NCBI RefSeq assembly: GCF_000143415.4
Contig: NW_003314387.1
Span: 62,001-126,000, forward strand
Reading direction: 5' to 3'
DNA length: 64,000 nucleotides
Source: Selaginella moellendorffii
Lineage: Eukaryota; Plantae; Lycopodiophyta
Within the stretch, counting starts at the first letter, position 1. Each line of letters begins with the position of its first letter. The notes beneath the pieces are model-generated. The model saw nothing but the letters and a program-made list of their open reading frames with translations. It had not been told where the DNA came from and searched no databases. Shown here one piece after another: positions 59,570 to 64,000 of this stretch. The translations under genes were made by a program, and so were the position numbers.

Positions 59570-62500
59570 ATGGTAAGTCTTTTAGGCCAAGTAGAAAATG
59601 GCATGAGGCCACATGCCATTCAGTAGCAACATTGGCATGCACCGATTGGGCTCTCGAGTGCAGTCCGGTTACAGATAGCATGTAGCCTCATGCCATCTTA
59701 GGATGCAGTCTCAAGACATCTGATGCAGTGGTGAATGGCGTGTGGCCTCACGTTATTTCCAGCTGCTAGCTTTTCATCTGTCAGCTCTAATTGTTGTGCA
59801 TTTCTGAACAGGCGAGGAATTGCGTTCTTCTTCCAGCCACTGTCAATGTGGATGCAGAGAAGGGGGAGGAGCTCACCAGTTGGACTTTCGGGATGGAAGG
59901 CGAGGATCTGAGGTTGTACAACACAGATGGTGGGAGAAAAGAATGCATGGGGATCCTCATCCAAGTGACAGACACTCCATGCAGTTCCATGCAAGAATAT
60001 GGACTGGCACTTGTGGTAGAGACAACGTCTGCCTTCAAGATCCACCTTGCACATCCTAGCGGCTTCCCGGAGGGGGGCAGCGGCTATGAGGAATTCCTAG
60101 AGGGAGCTAGGGAGAGGTTGTCCAGGAGGCCCACAATTTCAAAGACGCTGCGGGTCTATGAAGATCACATGGAATCCACGGACCTCACCACGGCGATGTT
60201 CAAAAACTATATTCCAACATTGAGCCGTTGAGAGTGACTCCAGTTCGCGAAGCGAAGGGGAAGGGGGTCGATCTGGAAACTACCTCGAAGCAGAAAAGGG
60301 TGGTCAAGCTCAAGCCGACGTTTGACTCTCCTGCTCCAAAAAAGAAGATACTCGGTGATGCCATTGCCTCGGGTTCGAACACTACACCCACCAAAAAGAA
60401 GAGTCGCAAAGAGCAGAAAGAGCAAGAAGAGGCAGCAAAAATCGTCGCAGATAATAGTACTTGTTACTATTCCAACAAAGTATATACAATCGACGTAAGA
60501 CACATCGACATCCAAAGCAAATACAACCACAGGCTAGTATCTGATGAGTGGGTGGAGAAACTGAAGCAGAAGATGCTGGCAAGTCCAGTAACACCCGACA
60601 TCGCAGACGTGATCCCCTACTACCGAACAATGAAGGGCGAGACGAGGTTTCCAGACTTGATCAATAGGAAGGTGTTGGACGATCAGAACATCCGGTTCTA
60701 TGCCGTCTCTGGGCAGCATTCTAGCTTGGCGATGCAAAAGATAGTTGTGGATATTATGGTGGGCGAGGAGGTGAAGAAAGTCTTCAAGACAAGAGTTGTC
60801 CGCCTGATAAAAGGCAACTTGCCCCTCCGATCTATCATATACATCTCCCACGCGCAGAATGTCAAGCAAGAAACGTGCTACAAATCAAGTCTGCACGAGA
60901 CATTGGCATGAACACGGAAGCTCTGGGTTCAACTAAAGAAGCCACAGAAACCAGGACAAGGACGTGCACTAGCAACTAGCGCCTGGCAGGTAAGCCTCGT
61001 TGCATGTGGCATAGCATGTGGCCTCACGCCATTTCCATTGCAAGAATTCTCGAGTCTTCTCTCAAAAACACTGGGGGTCAATGACACACTCAACATCCAT
61101 AACATTCTACTTGCGACAAAAGTTGTTTTTGACAAATGGGTAGATGTGCTGAGGAGGTACCATGACGGGGAGTTGCCAAACTCAATGGGTGTGGAGGACG
61201 GCCGGAAGCCCAATGATTTGAAGTTCAACGCCTTGCGTTTCTCGCGGTCTCTAGACGACGACGACCTTCTGACAGTGGCTAATGCTCTTCTACGTGGTGA
61301 GGTAGTCTTCAACAAGACCAAAATGACTCCCGGCCATATTGTGACATACGAGGACTTGTGCATGACTCTGAGAGCTCGTGCGCTATTGAAGGATTGGATC
61401 TTCGAGCAAGTGGCCGTGGAGAGGGTGAGCATCAACACCACGCAAGAGATGATGGAAGAGCTGGAGTTGTCAAATGAAGACATCGACGAGTACGTGAAGA
61501 GGGCCCCAAAGTTCATCGTTCTGCTGCGGGATGCCACGAAAAGTAAAGCTGAGAAGTTGGATCAGTATCCAAATTTCATTAAGAGGGATGTCGACTGCCG
61601 GCTTCAGAAACAGCTCGACCCCGCAGTAGAGGCCTATCGAGAACCTTACTGGGTATACGTGAATTCGGATGAGGATCAAAGGTGGAGGAGCATCGTTTCC
61701 CACGGAGATGAGCAGGTCAAGAATATCTTTTGTGTGATGGACTTCACAAACGAGGAGATCACTCATGCAGACAAAGTCAGCTCCATCATTGACTTAATGG
61801 TGGGACTTGTGGAGGTGGAATCTTCAGTCCACTATATGATCTACGACTCCGAATCCTATCACAAGTTCTGGAAGGCCTTGAACGAGGTGAAGGCTCGGTT
61901 GAAAGGCAAGGAGATGCGGGAGATCCATGGGATAATGGCTAAGAAGAAGATACCGACGAATGTCTGCATCTTCACACTCGCCCTTATTATTGGTCCTGCA
62001 GCAGAGTGGGACTAGAGTGACTTCCCAGCTTCGTTCAACAAGGCCAATCGAATTGATCTGAGGGAGGTCAATTTACCCATGCCTGAGGAACTGAAGACGG
62101 CTATGGATCTTTCAAATCTAGAGAAAGCTCCAGGTGCAGCATGGGAAATGCTCAACTGGGTCTTCAACGCAATAGCGGGTGGGTCACCTGCTTCCGACTC
62201 CAAAGGGCAAATGCATTGTCGAGTACAACTGCGGCGGACTATTCTTTCAAGCCGCACTACTCAAGGGTGTCCCGTGTGTTGCGGTGACAAACTCCATTGA
62301 ATAGGTGACTTCAATGGAGCATATAATTACAGTTGCCAAAGAAAAACAATATCTTCTCTGCGAACCTGGTGAGTACGCACTTTAAGTTTGAATGTTATCT
62401 CACAAGCTCTGTATGCAGGAGCGTGGCCACCCCCAGATGCTGAAACGGCGTTAACAGCTACTGTTGAAGATACCCATGTTGGGCTGAGCTCACAACCTAC

Positions 62501-63592
62501 ACAAGGTAAGGTCACGTGAGGCCTCACACCATTTTGATTATAGATCGTTGTGAATATTCAGATACGAGGACTGAAAAGCGCACTGGTGGCGCGTCGAAGA
62601 AGGACAAATAGACAAGCAAGAGGAAAAAAGGAGGTACAAATTATATTTGCAATGGCGTGTGGTCTCATGCCATTCCTTGCAGGAGACACTTCTTCAAAGG
62701 GAAGGCACGAGGACGTACAGAAGGCAAAACAGGCAAGCACCAGCCAAGTACAACGGACGAGAGGTACCAATCATTTTTGTTATACGTGAATTCTCATGCC
62801 ATTGCTTCTTGCAGCTCAAATTCCAAAGAGACTAGGGCAAGCAGCGCAGACTTCACGACAAGAACCTGAAGGTTTGATGGCGTGTGGCCCCTAGCAATTA
62901 ACTAATGTTCTTGCAAATCGCGTCGAGGAAATTGAACGAAACAACGTGCCTCCAGTGGAGGAGGGGGAGGCCTCGGAGAGTGATAAGGAGAGTTCCGAAA
63001 TAGGTGATGCACGATCAGAGGCAAGTAACATTACCATTTGACTTTCTCCTAACGCAGGAGGATTGCTTGACTATGGTCCATGTGAGGGGTAGCAAGCCCA
63101 TCTTCGTCAAGCCAGAGGCTGTAGTGATGAACCGGACTGCTAGGTCAAGTGAAATCCTCATCATCAATGACTCGCTGATTAAAACTGCAGCGAACACGCG
63201 TGCACCCCATCTCTTGCAGTATGGAAACTAGGGAGAAGAAACCGTATGTTCTGGGGGACCTTGCAAAACGGCCTTGAGCGATGGTGATAGAGAACTGGCC
63301 AGTCTAGGAGGTGGCTGCAGAAATCAACCAAATGGCAGATGGAACGGTATATCAGAAGCCATTTGATTGGACAGACACCAGTCATCATTTATGGCATGTA
63401 TATTGTCTAGCCAAGCACTATCCGCATCTCCATAATCTGCTCAACCGGATGGGTTCTTCGACCACTGAATATGAGCGTGGACGTATTAGAGAAGAGATGG
63501 CATTACTATTGGGTTTAAATCCTGATAGTGTGGAGAGTGATGAAATTCCAAGATTATTATATAGGCGTTTGAGGCAAAAAATAACAGTCTGA
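59570..63592 (+). pseudogene. Cargo gene pseudogene of copy 2 (ParB-like / MTase-like / truncated HAD)
   Basis: Frameshift at ~60190, stops at 60909 and 62013, and a deletion at ~63004 joining into the middle of the HAD exon. Confidence 0.8.
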
Positions 63593-64000
63593 GATGGCAT
63601 GTATTTATTTAAAAATGTAACTTATTATAGCATGGGGTTCCATGCCATTGTATTAATATTAAAAGACAATTCTTTGAGAGGATTTGCATTATACTAGAAG
63701 TGTTACAGCATGTTATTGGAAGTCTACGAAGTTGTTTTATTAATAAGGGGAAAGTAAAGATTGAATGGGGACTTGGGTTCCACCTAGACTCGGAGCAATT
63801 GAGCCAATATTAAAAGGATGGAAAGAAATTGGACGACGATGACAAGGAGAAGAGAGAGGTGAAGCAGTGGCAGGGGGAGGAGAAGTGATTGAGTAGACAT
63901 TTCCTTGTTTAAAATAAAATGGCATGTGCCTCAATGCAGTTGAATTTTGTTATATTTATATACTATATAAAGGTTTGGAAACCTTATTTTACAAGTGGGA

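Larger units (their letters stand above)
54098..64000 (-). mobile_element. Sola1-like transposon copy 2, inverted, deletion derivative; predicted end ~34 bp past the window
   Basis: TIR AAGCTCTATTTCGTTAAAGTGGGA at 54098-54121. Colinear reverse complement of copy 1; position 64000 corresponds to 20311. Confidence 0.93.

Noticed and set aside
1-64000. One giant palindrome explaining both the inverted F-box and the inverted transposon copies
   Set aside because: The symmetry centres differ and the transposon copies have unrelated flanks, so these are independent events.

Overview
Eukaryotic nuclear DNA from a land plant with flagellated sperm. The CFAP58 gene, PRISE/VEP1 genes, PPR genes and very short introns suggest the lycophyte Selaginella (inference). 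1-15.4 kb is gene-rich: F-box gene, CFAP58, a P-type PPR gene and three tandem PRISE genes. The rest is mostly a nested transposon field containing a 2-Cys peroxiredoxin pseudogene, a PLS-PPR pseudogene, an inverted F-box/CFAP58 duplicate and a bulb-lectin pseudogene. The main object is a 12.75-kb cut-and-paste DNA transposon (20277-33028; 24-bp TIRs, 4-bp TSD AATC), with a second inverted copy from 54098 to the window end. It encodes a Sola1-like DDD transposase. Divergently, it carries a long multi-exon cargo gene with a ParB-like domain, a degenerate N6/N4-methyltransferase-like fold and an FCP1/NIF HAD domain. About 20 copies of a 22-bp palindrome (ATGGCRTG-NGGCCN-CAYGCCAT) are spread through the element, including one in most of the 5' cargo introns, and I did not see the motif outside it. 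This suggests a protein/binding-site system resembling ParB-parS or VANDAL/VANC anti-silencing (hypothesis). Copy 1 also carries a 194-bp solo LTR with a 5S rRNA internal promoter, which is Cassandra-like. All domain calls are by eye; no searches were run.
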